Notes: a model not told the origin generated them from the letters alone. DNA of 63,149 nt, filler included, from Octopus bimaculoides (GCF_001194135.2; 5 parts of 5 records of this genome joined end to end with filler, not necessarily neighbours in it); one strand, 5' to 3'. Counted from the whole stretch's first letter, positions 1-13,516 are shown. Numbers and translations are program-made.

Positions 1-10
1 AATAATAATA

Positions 11-101
<91 letters not shown>

Positions 102-320
102 TAATAATAATAATAATAGTAGTAATAATAATAATAATAATTTCTATTATAGGCACAAGGTCTGAAATTTTGGGGTGAGATAGTTAGTCGATTACATCGA
201 CCCCAGTGCGTAACTGATACTTATTTCATTGACCCCGAAAAGATAAAAGGCAAAAATCGATCTCGGCGGAATCTGAACGCAAGACGTAAAGACGGAAGAG
301 ATGACGTTAAGCATTTTGTC
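1..320 (-). mobile_element. tRNA-derived SINE (family A) with (ATT)n tail
   Basis: 141-320 matches the family seen at 11610-12020 (ctactataggcacaagg...gtcgatt...gaccccgaaa...ggcggaatttgaactc). The (AAT/GAT)n array at 1-140 is its expanded tail. Confidence 0.85.
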
Positions 321-426
321 CATCTTTTTGCGTGTTTCGATGAAATTATTGATAATTCCACGGAAGCCTTAATGGAAATGTTAACGTGCTGTTAAATTGA
401 AACATTGTATATTGTATGCAAAACAG

Positions 427-628
427 CAAGATGGCAGAAGTTTTAGCGCATTGAACAAAATGCTTAGGGGAATTTCTTCTAGCTATTCATGTTCCGAGTT
501 CAAATTCACAGGAAGTCCATTTGACTTTCGTCCCTTTCGGGCTAGATAAAGTAGGTACCTTCGAGCACAAGGGGATCGATGTAATCATCTTCAACAAAAT
601 TTCAGGACTTGTAACAATAGTAGAAATT
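427..628 (+). mobile_element. Degraded SINE family A
   Basis: atggcagaag...aaaatgcttag...gagttcaaattc (B box)...cctttcggg...ggggatcgatgtaatc...aatttcagg. Confidence 0.7.
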
Positions 629-1291
629 GTAGTATAATGTAGGAATGGAGAACATTTTCCCCTTGAAACGCGTTTCTTTCTCAAAGTTTCAGGTCGAGGA
701 CTTCGAAGCTCCTTATAAGGGTATAAGAAATAAACCCACGGAGCAAACTGAGAAAGCTTCATTCTCTAATTTCCACACAATCAGCAAAGATATTGTTGTT
801 ACACACGCACAGGCACACACAAACACACACACACACGGGCTCTTATGTAATCTTATATAATAATCCGTAGAGAAATGGTTTGGGTGAATGTCTTCATGCA
901 AATACACACACACNNNNNNNNNNGAACAAACTCACACACATACACAGACACACAGTCATACACAGACACACGAACACACACATAAACACATACACACACA
1001 AGACACGGGCTCTTATATAACGTACCTCGAATCATAAAACATATTTGCTCATATATTCTTACACACAATCAAACGCTTACATTCGTGTATTGGTATGTGT
1101 ATAATTGAATATATATGCCACAATGTTTAAATATTTATTAAATTTATCGCACAAATACATCCGTAAATTCAACAACTGGAGTTACTGTACATTTTTGTGT
1201 CTCACACACGGTTCACACTTACGTAAGTCATTGACTCTCTCACCCAATCTCTTACTCCTCCTCTCACTTTCTCTATCAGTCTTTATATACA

Positions 1292-1350
<59 letters not shown>

Positions 1351-1380
1351 ATATATGCATATTTGTGCATACATATATGC

Positions 1381-1414
<34 letters not shown>

Positions 1415-1432
1415 NNNNNNNNNNATGTATAT

Positions 1433-1480
<48 letters not shown>

Positions 1481-1617
1481 TATATAGATATAGGCGTATA
1501 TATTTATATACATATGTATGTATTTGTATGAATATATATATGCATATATATACATGCATGTATGTGTGTGTATGCATATACATACACACACACATATATG
1601 CATGTATGTATATGTAT

Positions 1618-1668
<51 letters not shown>

Positions 1669-1807
1669 CATATATATATATTTATATATATATAAGTTAT
1701 ACGTGTGTGTGTGTGTATGTATGTGTGTATTTGCATAAAGACATTCACCCAAACCATTCCTCTACGGATTATTACAATACATCTCTTTTTTTAAAAGACG
1801 TTCACCC

Positions 1808-1838
<31 letters not shown>

Positions 1839-2422
1839 NNNNNNNNNNNNNNNNNNNNNNNNNNNNNNNNNNNNNNNNNNNNNNNNNNNNNNNNNNNNNN
1901 NNNNNNNNNNNNNNNNNNNNNNNNNNNNNNNNNNNNNNNNNNNNNNNNNNNNNNNNNNNNNNNNNNNNNNNNNNNNNNNNNNNNNNNNNNNNNNNNNNNN
2001 NNNNNNNNNNNNNNNNNNNNNNNNNNNNNNNNNNNNNNNNNNNNNNNNNNNNNNNNNNNNNNNNNNNNNNNNNNNNNNNNNNNNNNNNNNNNNNNNNNNN
2101 NNNNNNNNNNNNNNNNNNNNNNNNNNNNNNNNNNNNNNNNNNNNNNNNNNNNNNNNNNNNNNNNNNNNNNNNNNNNNNNNNNNNNNNNNNNNNNNNNNNN
2201 NNNNNNNNNNNNNNNNNNNNNNNNNNNNNNNNNNNNNNNNNNNNNNNNNNNNNNNNNNNNNNNNNNNNNNNNNNNNNNNNNNNNNNNNNNNNNNNNNNNN
2301 NNNNNNNNNNNNNNNNNNNNNNNNNNNNNNNNNNNNNNNNNNNNNNNNNNNNNNNNNNNNNNNNNNNNNNNNNNNNNNNNNNNNNNNNNNNNNNNNNNNN
2401 NNNNNNNNNNNNNNNNNNNNNN

Positions 2423-2574
2423 CACCACCACCAAAAATACCACCACCACCACGCCAGCAGTAGCAACAACAACGTCAAAAAAAGCAGCAACAGCAACATC
2501 GGATGCAGCGTAAGCATCATCATCATCATTATCATCATCATCATCATCGTTATCATTATACTACTACTACTACA

Positions 2575-2630
<56 letters not shown>

Positions 2631-2678
2631 CAATGCTACTAATTTTGCTGCTGCTGATTATAATGCTAATACTAATAC

Positions 2679-2732
<54 letters not shown>

Positions 2733-3106
2733 GAAGAAGAAGAAGAAGAAGAATGATTATATTGATGATGATGATGTTAATGATGAGAGTAGTGATGGTG
2801 ACAAGACGATGATGGTAATAATACTGCTGCTGGTGATGATGATGATGACGATTATATACTTCATAATGCCCATGCTGATTATGATCGTCAGGAATCATCA
2901 TCCAAACCATCCTCTCCTCTGATTGTCTTCTTCTTCTTCTTCTTCTTCTTCTTCTTCTTCTTCTTCTTCTTCTTCTTCTTCTTCTTCTTCTTCTTCTTCT
3001 TCTTCCTGCTCCTCCTCCTGCTCCTGCCTCTCCTCCTCCCCACTATCATCATAACCATCATCATCATCATCATCGTGGTCGTCGTCGTCGTCGTTGTTGT
3101 CATCAG

Positions 3107-3139
<33 letters not shown>

Positions 3140-3400
3140 TAGCAACACCGTTTCTGTTTCTCTTGTGACCACCGTCACCACCACCACCACCATCACCACC
3201 ACCACCACCACCACCACCACCACCACTGCAACAACAATAACAACAACAACATTCTCTATCACGGTCACCACAACCACCATACAACCACCACAAAACGACA
3301 CCAAACAACCTCAAACAACCACATCCAAAAAAAAGCAACAACTCAAAACAACAACAATAGCAACGACAAAAAAAAAATACCACCAACCCTCCCCCTCACC
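2423..3400. repeat. Compound trinucleotide microsatellite block
   Basis: Consecutive (CAT)n, (TAC)n, (AAT)n, (AAG)n, (GAT)n, (CTT)n, (CAC)n and (CAA)n tracts. Confidence 0.95.
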
Positions 3401-4731
3401 GTTACCTACACCGCCATTAATAAATGTATTACAACATCCTTCTTTCCATCTCTCCTTTTCTCCTGTTTTTTTCTTCTTCATCTTCTTGTATTCTCTTTGA
3501 TAAAGTTTGTCAATCAACTTGTCTTGCATCATCAGATCCATTATGGGAACTTTTAATACACATTTTTTTCCTCTTAATACAATTAATGCTACTAATGTAC
3601 TTCCATACATTGATGGCAGTTCAGTGGAAGGAACTCAATTGCATATATCAGTTCCGTCGGAATGATACCTCCATCCATCCATCCATCCATCCATCCATCC
3701 ATCTTGCTCAGAAATGTTAAAGGGGTGCCATCTTATTGTATCATATAATAGGTATGTATAAATGTATGTATGTATGTAGATAGGTGTAGGTAGGTGGGTA
3801 GGTATGTAAGTAGGTTGGTAGTAGAGAGATAGACAGATAGGCATACATACAAAACCACGCACACGCAGAAGGGAATAAACAGGCAGATAGACAAATTGAC
3901 AGGCAGGCAGACAGGCATATAGATGGATAGCTAGATAGATAGATAGATAGATATATAGATAGCTGATAGAGAGACTGACAGACAGACACACACACACACA
4001 CACACGCACATATATATATGCATATATATATATANNNNNNNNNNNNNNNNNNNNNNNNNNNNNNNNNNNNNNNNNNNNNNNNNNNNNNNNNNNNNNNNNN
4101 NNNNNNNNNNNNNNNNNNNNNNNNNNNNNNNNNNNNNNNNNNNNNNNNNNNNNNNNNNNNNNNNNNNNNNNNNNNNNNNNNNNNNNNNNNNNNNNNNNNN
4201 NNNNNNNNNNNNNNNNNNNNNNNNNNNNNNNNNNNNNNNNNNNNNNNNNNNNNNNNNNNNNNNNNNNNNNNNNNNNNNNNNNNNNNNNNNNNNNNNNNNN
4301 NNNNNNNNNNNNNNNNNNNNNNNNNNNNNNNNNNNNNNNNNNNNNNNNNNNNNNNNNNNNNNNNNNNNNNNNNNNNNNNNNNNNNNNNNNNNNNNNNNNN
4401 NNNNNNNNNNNNNNNNNNNNNNNNNNNNNNNNNNNNNNNNNNNNNNNNNNNNNNNNNNNNNNNNNNNNNNNNNNNNNNNNNNNNNNNNNNNNNNNNNNNN
4501 NNNNNNNNNNNNNNNNNNNNNNNNNNNNNNNNNNNNNNNNNNNNNNNNNNNNNNNNNNNNNNNNNNNNNNNNNNNNNNNNNNNNNNNNNNNNNNNNNNNN
4601 NNNNNNNNNNNNNNNNNNNNNNNNNNNNNNNNNNNNNNNNNNNNNNNNNNNNNNNNNNNNNNNNNNNNNNNNNNNNNNNNNNNNNNNNNNNNNNNNNNNN
4701 NNNNNNNNNNNNNNNNNNNNNNNNNNNNNNN

Positions 4732-4810
<79 letters not shown>

Positions 4811-5099
4811 CCACAAATGTTCACTCAAAGAAACAGAAAAGTGCACAAGACACATAGTTAACTGACAATTAAAATGAAAGAGAGAATATGAGAGAACGAA
4901 AATAATAAGCGTGAAGATATTTGTTACAGAATGGAAACGTAACACAAAAGATAATGGGTGTGTCTATGTAGGAATTGAATACAGAAATTGGATGTATATA
5001 ATGATTTGAATAGAAAAATGACTAAGGAGATGAAAGTATGCAATAATCATCTGATTATTATCAAAATGAGAAATCGTGAAACGGCTGTGTGTGTGATTT

Positions 5100-5330
5100 T
5101 AGCGTGACCTAGTGTTTAGGACATTGATTCACGATCTAGCGATCATGAGTTCCATTCTCGAACCGAGCGGCCCGGTGAGTTCTTGAGCGAATCAATTCAT
5201 TTCACATGGCTCCTATTCTAGTCTGCTATAAATGGGAACCTTACGATGGACGAGCCTCCTGGTTAGTGAGAATGATGGCGCGCTCGACAGCCAGTGAAGT
5301 GGCATCATGCAATAGTTAAACGATTTAGAG
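5100..5330 (+). mobile_element. Old tRNA-derived SINE (family B-like head)
   Basis: gcgtgacctagtgtttagg...gagttccattctcg (A/B-box-like), then gtgagttcttgagcg...ttcatttcacatggctcc resembling the central domain of 12041-12343. Confidence 0.5.
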
Positions 5331-5589
5331 CGTATTGTGAATAGCGATGTATAACAATATCCGATAGTCTGATCACATGATATATTCATATATACATATG
5401 TGCATGCACACACACACACACACGCACACACACACACGCACACACACACACACACACACATACACACACACAAAAGAACAAACAGAAAACGCAAAAAACA
5501 ACAACGCGAGAAAGTGGTACATGTAATGTATTAGCAGACGCTCAGGAAAGAAAAGAAAGATGGCTTAACATTTCGAGCAGACGCTCTTC

Positions 5590-5754
5590 TTCCTATTCTT
5601 TCAGTTTCCGTGTACCAGATCCGTTCACAAGGCTTCGGTCGGCTCGAGGATATAGTAGATGAGACATGCCCAAGGTGTCACACAGTGGAACTGTACCCGG
5701 AACCATGTGGTTGGGAAGTAAGTCTCTTATCACACAGCCAAGTCTTGTGCCTAT

Positions 5755-5757
<3 letters not shown>
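5590..5757 (-). mobile_element. SINE family C, 5' half
   Basis: ctttcagtttccgtgtaccagatccgttcacaaggcttcggtcggctcgagg...tgcccaaggtgtcacacagtggaactgtacccggaaccatgtgg matches 18141-18664. Confidence 0.85.
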
Positions 5758-5791
<34 letters not shown>

Positions 5792-6165
5792 AGATAGATA
5801 GATAGATAGATAGATATATTTCATATAAAGTTGATATAACTAATATTAAGTTACATGGAACGTTTATACTGTACATGTTGGTGAAGAAACTTGAGAAGGT
5901 AACGAATGGGAGGCAGGTAGAGACAAGGGTGATGTAATGATGAGGGTGGTGCTACTAACGATCTTGATATTGTGGCAGACAGTGGTGGTGGGGGGCGTGT
6001 AGGAATATCTGAGTAGCTAAGAAGTTCCCTTCATAAATGAAATTTTAGGTTCGTTCTCACTGTGTAGTATCTAGAAAAGAGTAATGCCCTAGTTTCCCTG
6101 TCTACAGAATTTGGTAGACAGAGGCTGTGTTGGAATCCCAACGATTTATTTGTACATCGTCTTCT

Positions 6166-6196
6166 TTCTGGTTGTTGTTGTTGCTGTTGTTGTTGC

Positions 6197-6233
<37 letters not shown>

Positions 6234-8114
6234 CTTCTTCTTCTTCTTCTTCTTCTTCTTCTTCTTCTTCTTCTTCTTCTTCTTCTTCTTCTTCTTCTTC
6301 TTCTTCGATGAAGTCTGAGATTCCATATCTGAGGAATACGCTGCCACCTAGGAGCCAAATTAGTGAGTGGTGAGTTAGGTTGGTGGAAAATCCAAATGGT
6401 CATCGTTGAACGTTAAAGATGACACTGATGATGATGGCGATGGTCGTTGTGACAGTAGTCGTAGTAGTGGTATTAGAAGAAGTGATGATGATGATGATGA
6501 TGATGATGATGCTGACGATGATGTAGATGATGACTGCAGTGGTGGTAGTGATGATGGTGGTAGTGATGATGGTGGTAGTGATGATGGTGGTTGTGGTGAT
6601 AATAATAATCATGATGATGATGATGATGATGATAGTAACAGCAGTGAAGATGATGATGATGTTGCTGGCGTTGTTGATGCTTGCAGTAAATAACGAAAGA
6701 TGGTGTATGTGTGAGGGGGGGGGTGTTGAGGGGTTAGGATGATGATTATGATGATGATAACAGAATGATTGGATTGGAGATCATATCGATGATATTGGGT
6801 CGATTAATGAGTATAAGTGTGATAAAGATCATGGTTGATTCATGGTGTAGACGTAGATGACGACAACGATTGCATTGACAGTGAAGGTGGGGGGGGTCAT
6901 AAGACAGGGTTCTGATGACGTTGGCGATGATGATGGTGATGTTGATGTTTATAGATTGGTTGATGTTGATTGCGATGATGATGGGGAGGTAGAAGATGAT
7001 GATGATGATGACGAAGAAAAGGTAGATGATGATGGTGATGGGGTGGGTAGGGATAGTGGTGATGGTAATTGTGATTTGTATTGAAGAGATGAAACCGGAA
7101 GAGATAAAAATTGATAAAAAATGTTATAATGTACTGAAAAAAGTTAAGAGCACAAGGAAATCTATGGAGTGGGTGGAAGAAAAGAAAAAGAAGAGAAGCA
7201 GGAAGGGAAGAAGGAAAAGAAGAAGAGGAAGAGAAGGAGGAGAAGGAGAAAAGTAGAAAGAGAAGAAGAGAAGGAATACAAGAAGGACGAGTAGGCGGTG
7301 AAGCGAAAGAAAGAAACTTACAAGCATGAAAGCAACTGCGAAGAAAAAGGAAAAAGATGAAGGAGGAGAAGGAGGAGGAAGAACAAGAAGGACGAGGAAG
7401 AGGACAGGAAGAGAAGGAGGTGAAGAAGAAAACGGACAATAACATAAAGAAGGAAAAAGGAAGGATGATGATGATCACGATCGTGGTGTAGATGATGATG
7501 ATGTTAATGATGAAGATGAGGATGGGGAGGAGGTGCAGGAGAAGGCGGAGGAGGTAAAGAAGAAAGATGAAGAGGAGGAGGAAGAAGAAGGAGAAGACGA
7601 AGAGGGTGTAGAGGAGGAAGAAGAAGAAGAAGACGAAGAAGAAGGTTGAGGAGGAGGAAGAAGAAGAAGAAGAAGAAGAAGAAGAAGAAGAAGAAGAAGA
7701 AGAAGAAGGAGAAGAAGGAGAAGACGAAGAAAAAGGATGAGTAGGAGGAAGAAGAAGAAGAAGGTGAAAAGGAAAGTGGTAGAAGAAGAAGAAGAAGAAG
7801 AAGAAGAAGAAGAAGAAGAAGAAGAAGAAGAAGAAGAAGAAGAAGAAGAAGAAGAAGAAAAAGAAGAACGACGACAGAGAAAGGAAGATTTAGTGAGATT
7901 ACTGTAAAGAATAAATAAAGTAAATAAAATACAGAAAATCCGAAGCAGTTGAGGGGTGTATGGGAGGGGGGAGTAGTTGAAGAAAGAATGGCAAAACATC
8001 GATATCAAGGAATGAAATACAGAATGAAAGAACGGACAGAAAGAAGAACAGGTAAAGTTTAAAGAAAAGGGAACCGTTCTGAAATTAATGCAAAACGTTA
8101 GAAATGATTATTAG

Positions 8115-8208
<94 letters not shown>

Positions 8209-8283
8209 GGATAAGGATGATGATGATGATGATGATGAGGATGATGACGATGATGATGATGATGATGACGACGACAACAACAA
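6166..8283. repeat. Extended microsatellite / GA-rich low-complexity block
   Basis: (GTT)n, (CTT)n, (GAT)n, (GAA/GAG)n and (AAT)n tracts. The ORFs here are homopolymeric. Confidence 0.95.
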
Positions 8284-8514
8284 CAGATAAAAGAATACCT
8301 TCTTAACTGAATTACAATAGATTATTCTGCTTAATTTTTAGACTGTAGCGCCATATTGCTATCAACTTAGGCAATATTCTCCTAATTATTTTCTTAATTT
8401 TTTCCCCGTTTAAACTTAATTTTTACATTTAATCTCGCTTTGGTATTCTTTCATTTTTTTTCTTGTCCATTTGTTTTTTAGTCATTAAATAACAGTTAAG
8501 TTTATTGTTGTTGT

Positions 8515-8570
<56 letters not shown>

Positions 8571-8910
8571 TATTCAGAGGGTGATTCATATTGCATGTAT
8601 AGGTATTGGTTACGTGCAGCTTTTAAATTCGTATTGTTTTGCTATAATGTGATGTTGAAAGAACTCCCTGTTATACGTATGCAATGCTCAGCAATGCTAC
8701 TTTCTGATGAGTTTATATATGTATAAGTCATGGGATTCTGGTTATGCGTTTCATTGCATTATCTAACTCTTCCTAAGACGTATACTATCAAAGGGAGTGT
8801 TTCTAGTTTCTACTATCATATTTTGATTATACCATTATATTCAAAGTACTCCCGGCAATATGTGTGCTGTCTTCGGTAATGCTGTGATCTGAAAGATATA
8901 TATATAAATA

Positions 8911-8942
<32 letters not shown>

Positions 8943-9619
8943 GATATAGATATATATATANNNNNNNNNNNNNNNNNNNNNNNNNNNNNNNNNNNNNNNN
9001 NNNNNNNNNNNNNNNNNNNNNNNNNNNNNNNNNNNNNNNNNNNNNNNNNNNNNNNNNNNNNNNNNNNNNNNNNNNNNNNNNNNNNNNNNNNNNNNNNNNN
9101 NNNNNNNNNNNNNNNNNNNNNNNNNNNNNNNNNNNNNNNNNNNNNNNNNNNNNNNNNNNNNNNNNNNNNNNNNNNNNNNNNNNNNNNNNNNNNNNNNNNN
9201 NNNNNNNNNNNNNNNNNNNNNNNNNNNNNNNNNNNNNNNNNNNNNNNNNNNNNNNNNNNNNNNNNNNNNNNNNNNNNNNNNNNNNNNNNNNNNNNNNNNN
9301 NNNNNNNNNNNNNNNNNNNNNNNNNNNNNNNNNNNNNNNNNNNNNNNNNNNNNNNNNNNNNNNNNNNNNNNNNNNNNNNNNNNNNNNNNNNNNNNNNNNN
9401 NNNNNNNNNNNNNNNNNNNNNNNNNNNNNNNNNNNNNNNNNNNNNNNNNNNNNNNNNNNNNNNNNNNNNNNNNNNNNNNNNNNNNNNNNNNNNNNNNNNN
9501 NNNNNNNNNNNNNNNNNNNNNNNNNNNNNNNNNNNNNNNNNNNNNNNNNNNNNNNNNNNNNNNNNCGTGTGTGTGTGTGTGTGTGTGTGTGCAAGGCGTA
9601 GCTGTGTGCATACGAGAGA

Positions 9620-10374
9620 TTCTGTCCGTTTGTGTGTTCGTTCGTTTGTTTGTCCACCAAAACGAAAGTAAATTTTTCAAGGGAACCTATTTTGCTTTTG
9701 CTATATCTCCTATTATGCTATTGTCTAATTTGCCTCAACAAAAATTATGCAATAGTACAACACTAATTGTACACAAACGTACGAGGAACTGCATTGAGGC
9801 AAACATTCTCACTCGTTGTGGTAAATGTGACACCGTCTTCGTTCCTCCCATACCAGTTATATCAGATTCTGGAGAGACTATATCTTTTCTTTGGTGGCAT
9901 ATTTTTTTTCAATATTGTAAACCAAAAAATATTAAGATAGAAGAAATTATACAGTAATCTCTATTATCGTAAGCAGTTTTATGTATGTGTTATGTAATTA
10001 CCATTACTGTATTGATAAATAAAATAACACATACATCTCATTTATTATTGTCATATAATAAACAAACAGAAATTCATGTATGAAATTGATCTTTTTTCTA
10101 CTTTAATCATTACATGTTTTTTTCTCTTACAACAATATTATATAATTGCCATTGCTGTATTAATAAATAAAATAGCACATACAACTCGCTTATTATTATC
10201 ATATAATAAACAAACAGAAGTTGATCTTTTTTCTACTTCAATTATTCCACATTTTTCTCTTATAAAAATACACACATACAGGAGGCATTATTTATATACA
10301 TAATAATACTTTGAATGTGGTTCCCGAGAAATAGTAAATGTAATTACCCGATCAATGACGGGTATTACTGCTAG
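9620..10374 (+). mobile_element. Non-autonomous rearranged Helitron
   Basis: 9709-9867 encodes PIMLLSNLPQQKLCNSTTLIV...CIEANILTRCGKCDTVFVPPIPVISD, matching the Pif1/RepHel helicase C-terminal segment (IMLLRNL..LCNGTRL..IEA.ILTG...VFIPRIP). 3' terminus is a hairpin ACCCG-atcaatga-CGGGT followed by CTAG (10346-10374). Contains a ~147-bp tandem duplication at ~9985-10265. Confidence 0.75.
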
Positions 10375-10382
10375 AACATATA

Positions 10383-10424
<42 letters not shown>

Positions 10425-10435
10425 TATTTATGTGT

Positions 10436-10625
10436 GTGTCTTTGTGTCTGTGTTTGTCCCTCCACCAGCCGTTCGGCGAAAGAAATCGAGGGAATAAGTA
10501 CTTGGCTTACAAACAAAAAGTCTTGCGGTCGATTTCTTGGACTAAAACCCCCTTAAGACGGTGCTCCAGCATGGCCGCAGTCAAATGTCTGAAACAAGTA
10601 AAGGAATGAGAGAATAAAAGAATAT
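10436..10625 (+). mobile_element. SINE family C, 3' half
   Basis: gtttgtccctccaccagc...cggcgaaagaaatcgagggaataagtac...ggtgctccagcatggccgcagtcaaatgtctgaaacaagtaaag. Confidence 0.85.
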
Positions 10626-10789
10626 GTGTGTGAGTGAGAGTGTGATGGTTTTTTTCCTCATCGTCGTTTTAACGTCTACTTTTCAATGCTCACGTGGATT
10701 AGAAGGAATTCATTGAAGGAGATTATATATGTCTGGATGTCCTTCGAGTCGCCAACTTTCATATATTTCCAAATAATGTAGTTATTTTC

Positions 10790-12020
10790 GACTTTATCTG
10801 TACTTTATTTTGTAGACTTTGAAAGGCTGAAAGGAAAATTTGACCTTCGTTGGATTTGAACTTAGAAGGGTTGAATTAAGTCGATGCTCTAACTATTCTA
10901 CTTATCCACCAAATCTTAATAATTACTATATCTAAATTAGTTACAAACACTAAAATGAATGAAGCAGGAGTAGTTGTGACCACTGACTCGACCCAGTAAC
11001 TTGGCTTGTACATTATTTTATTGATACGAACATGTTACTAGCTGAAAATATATTTGAGACATATTCGAACCATTAAGAAACCCGTTCACAGAATCTCCAG
11101 CTTTCTAGTTCGGGTGCATTGTTAGATTACTAGGTTTATTTATATCTATTTGTCTACAGCGAGAAATCTTCTCCATAACAAAATACAGTGTATAATATTT
11201 TTTACCGGCTGGAATTTGCCAGAAGTATACTTGAAATGGTTACGACTTTGTATTTTATACGCATCACTACTTAGAGCTGTCACTACTTAGAGCTATCGAT
11301 CCCGAAAGAGGAAAAGCGAGGGCTCACCTCGGTGTTATTTGAACTTAGGATATACGGAGCCGGAAGAAATACTTGCCATTTTCCATGATGCATTAACGAT
11401 TCTGCCAAGGTACAAAAATGAAATGAAAGAAAGAAACAATCGAAAAAGAGGAAAACAAAGAACCAACGCCACGACATCAACAAATACTTGCCTACAACAT
11501 TATCTTGTCAACCCCGCATGGAGAAAATATAAAATTCACGTTGGCGTGATTTGAACTTAGAACATGGAGGTAATACTATACGACGCCTTAACGATTGTTT
11601 TAAATAATCCTTTCTACTATAGGCACAAAGCCCGAAATTTGGGGGAAGGGGACTAGTCGATTATATCGACCCCGAAAGGATCAAAGGCAAAGTCGACCTC
11701 CGCGGGATTTGAACTCAGAACGTAGCGATGGGCGAAATACCGCTAAGCATTTTGTCCAGCATGCTAACGATTCTGCCAGCTCTCCGCCTTGATTGTTTTA
11801 AATAATCTTTTCTACTCTAGGCACAAGGCCCGAAATTTTTGAGGAGTAGGGAAGTCGATTAGATCGACCCCAGTACGCAACTGGTACTTAATTTATCGAC
11901 CCCGAAAGGATGAAAGGCAAAGTCGACATCGGCGGAATTTGAACTCAGATCGCAGCGGCAGATGAAATACTGCTAAGCATTTCATCCAGCGCGCTAACTT
12001 TTCTGCCAGCTCACCGCCTT
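10790..12020 (-). mobile_element. Cluster of 4-5 co-oriented SINE family A copies
   Basis: Well-preserved copies at 11610-11790 (about 40-bp internal deletion) and 11808-12020. Degraded copies at ~10790-11030, ~11285-11410 and ~11500-11590. Sense head aaggcgg.gagctggcagaa (A box) and gttcaaattcc (B box). Confidence 0.85.
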
Positions 12021-12040
12021 GATTGTTTTAATTAATATGA

Positions 12041-12343
12041 AGGGCGCGTGACTTAGAGGATAGCATATTCGGCTCACGAACGTAAGGTCATGAGTTCGAT
12101 TCCTGGCAGCGCGTTGTGTCCTTGAGCAAGACACTTTATTTCACGTTGCTCCAGTCCACTCAGCTGGCAAAAATGAGTTGTACCTCTATTTCAAAGGACC
12201 GGCCTTGTTACGCTATGTGTCAAGCTGAGTCTCTCTGAGAACTACATTAAGTGTATGTGTGTTTGTGGCATGCTCAGCCACGAGCAGGCCGTTCCGTTGA
12301 TCGGATGAGGAGGACCCTCATCGCCGAAACCGACGGAGAACCA
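12041..12343 (+). mobile_element. tRNA-derived SINE family B (CORE-like central domain)
   Basis: ggcgcgtgacttagaggatag...gagttcgattcctgg (B box), gttgtgtccttgagcaagacacttt, tail ...gttccgttgatcgg...accgacggag. Confidence 0.85.
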
Positions 12344-12769
12344 GTTGCCACATATAACAGTGAAATAGATAGAAGGAAAAAAAATTAAAAGAGAAGAACG
12401 AATCCCCACCCACGCCCACCAACAACAACTATGACAACAGCACGAAGGCATCAGAAATGATTGGTGTGTCATTGAATATTATTTCAATTTAAAGATATTG
12501 TTCAATTATTGTTATCTCTTTCATCGGTAGTCATCAAGTAAACATCATTTCATCATTTCATCATTTCCAGAACTGAGATAACATCTAAATGATTGCCTTT
12601 CCACATCTCTCTCACCTTCTCTCTCCCTCACTCCCTTTTCTGTTCTCTCTCTCTCTCTTACTCTACTTCTCTCTCGCATGCTGTCGTGATAGTTTTTGTT
12701 TTATCAACACTCCTAAAAGGGGGAAAATGGTGATGATTAGAAACAACGCCATCACCATCACAAACGTAA

Positions 12770-12772
12770 GTC

Positions 12773-12827
<55 letters not shown>

Positions 12828-13051
12828 TATCATCATCATCATCATCATCATCATCACCACCATCATTATCATCTTCATCATTATCGACACCACCACCACC
12901 NNNNNNNNNNNNNNNNNNGCCGTCGTCGTTGTCTTTGTTATTAACATCAAGCAATTTCGACCAAAATAATAAATAAACGCAGCTAGAATAAAGAGAAAAT
13001 AAAATTGAAAAGGAAAAAAAATGTATGCGCCATTCTACTCATGAAAGGTTA

Positions 13052-13103
<52 letters not shown>

Positions 13104-13105
13104 GC
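12770..13105. repeat. (CAT)n and (TAC)n microsatellites
   Basis: Direct reading. Confidence 0.95.
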
Positions 13106-13464
13106 GATTATGTTGAAGATATGGATATTGTTGATAATGACGCAGTCCTCCTTATAGTAGAGAACTTCCCTCTGGGACCCGACAGTTCTATGAGCACTCC
13201 AAACCCTGAGAATATATATGCGTCCAACTTACAACCTTAAACTTAGAGCGGCCCCAAAACTTAGAATGAACCGATTAGACGTGGCTGTTTGAATCCTGAT
13301 GGGGCACGGTTAACTGGATGTTCAACCTGTTTGGGGCGACAGCACTGTTCAGTACTGGAGGCAAAACAGAAAACACGCGCAGATGCACACAGAAGTATAC
13401 ACATACGCATAGAGAGAATGAGAAAAGTAAGTGACATGACACACATGTACATAACTAGATGCTC

Positions 13465-13516
<52 letters not shown>

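Noticed and set aside
1105-8726. Long ORFs rich in poly-I/Y, poly-T/N/K, poly-S/L or poly-E
   Set aside because: They are translations of di- and trinucleotide microsatellites, open in several frames on both strands, with no complex sequence.
11593-12036. Repeat-spacer-repeat pattern suggesting CRISPR
   Set aside because: The spacers are ~180-210-bp homologous SINE copies, the context is eukaryotic and there are no cas genes.
12301-12335. cggatgagg...cctc...gccgaaac resembling a hammerhead core
   Set aside because: It lies in the SINE family B tail, whose other copies (55115, 62280) read ggatcaactggaaccc...gtcgtaa(c/g)cg, so the resemblance comes from copy-specific mutations. There is no stem I or III.
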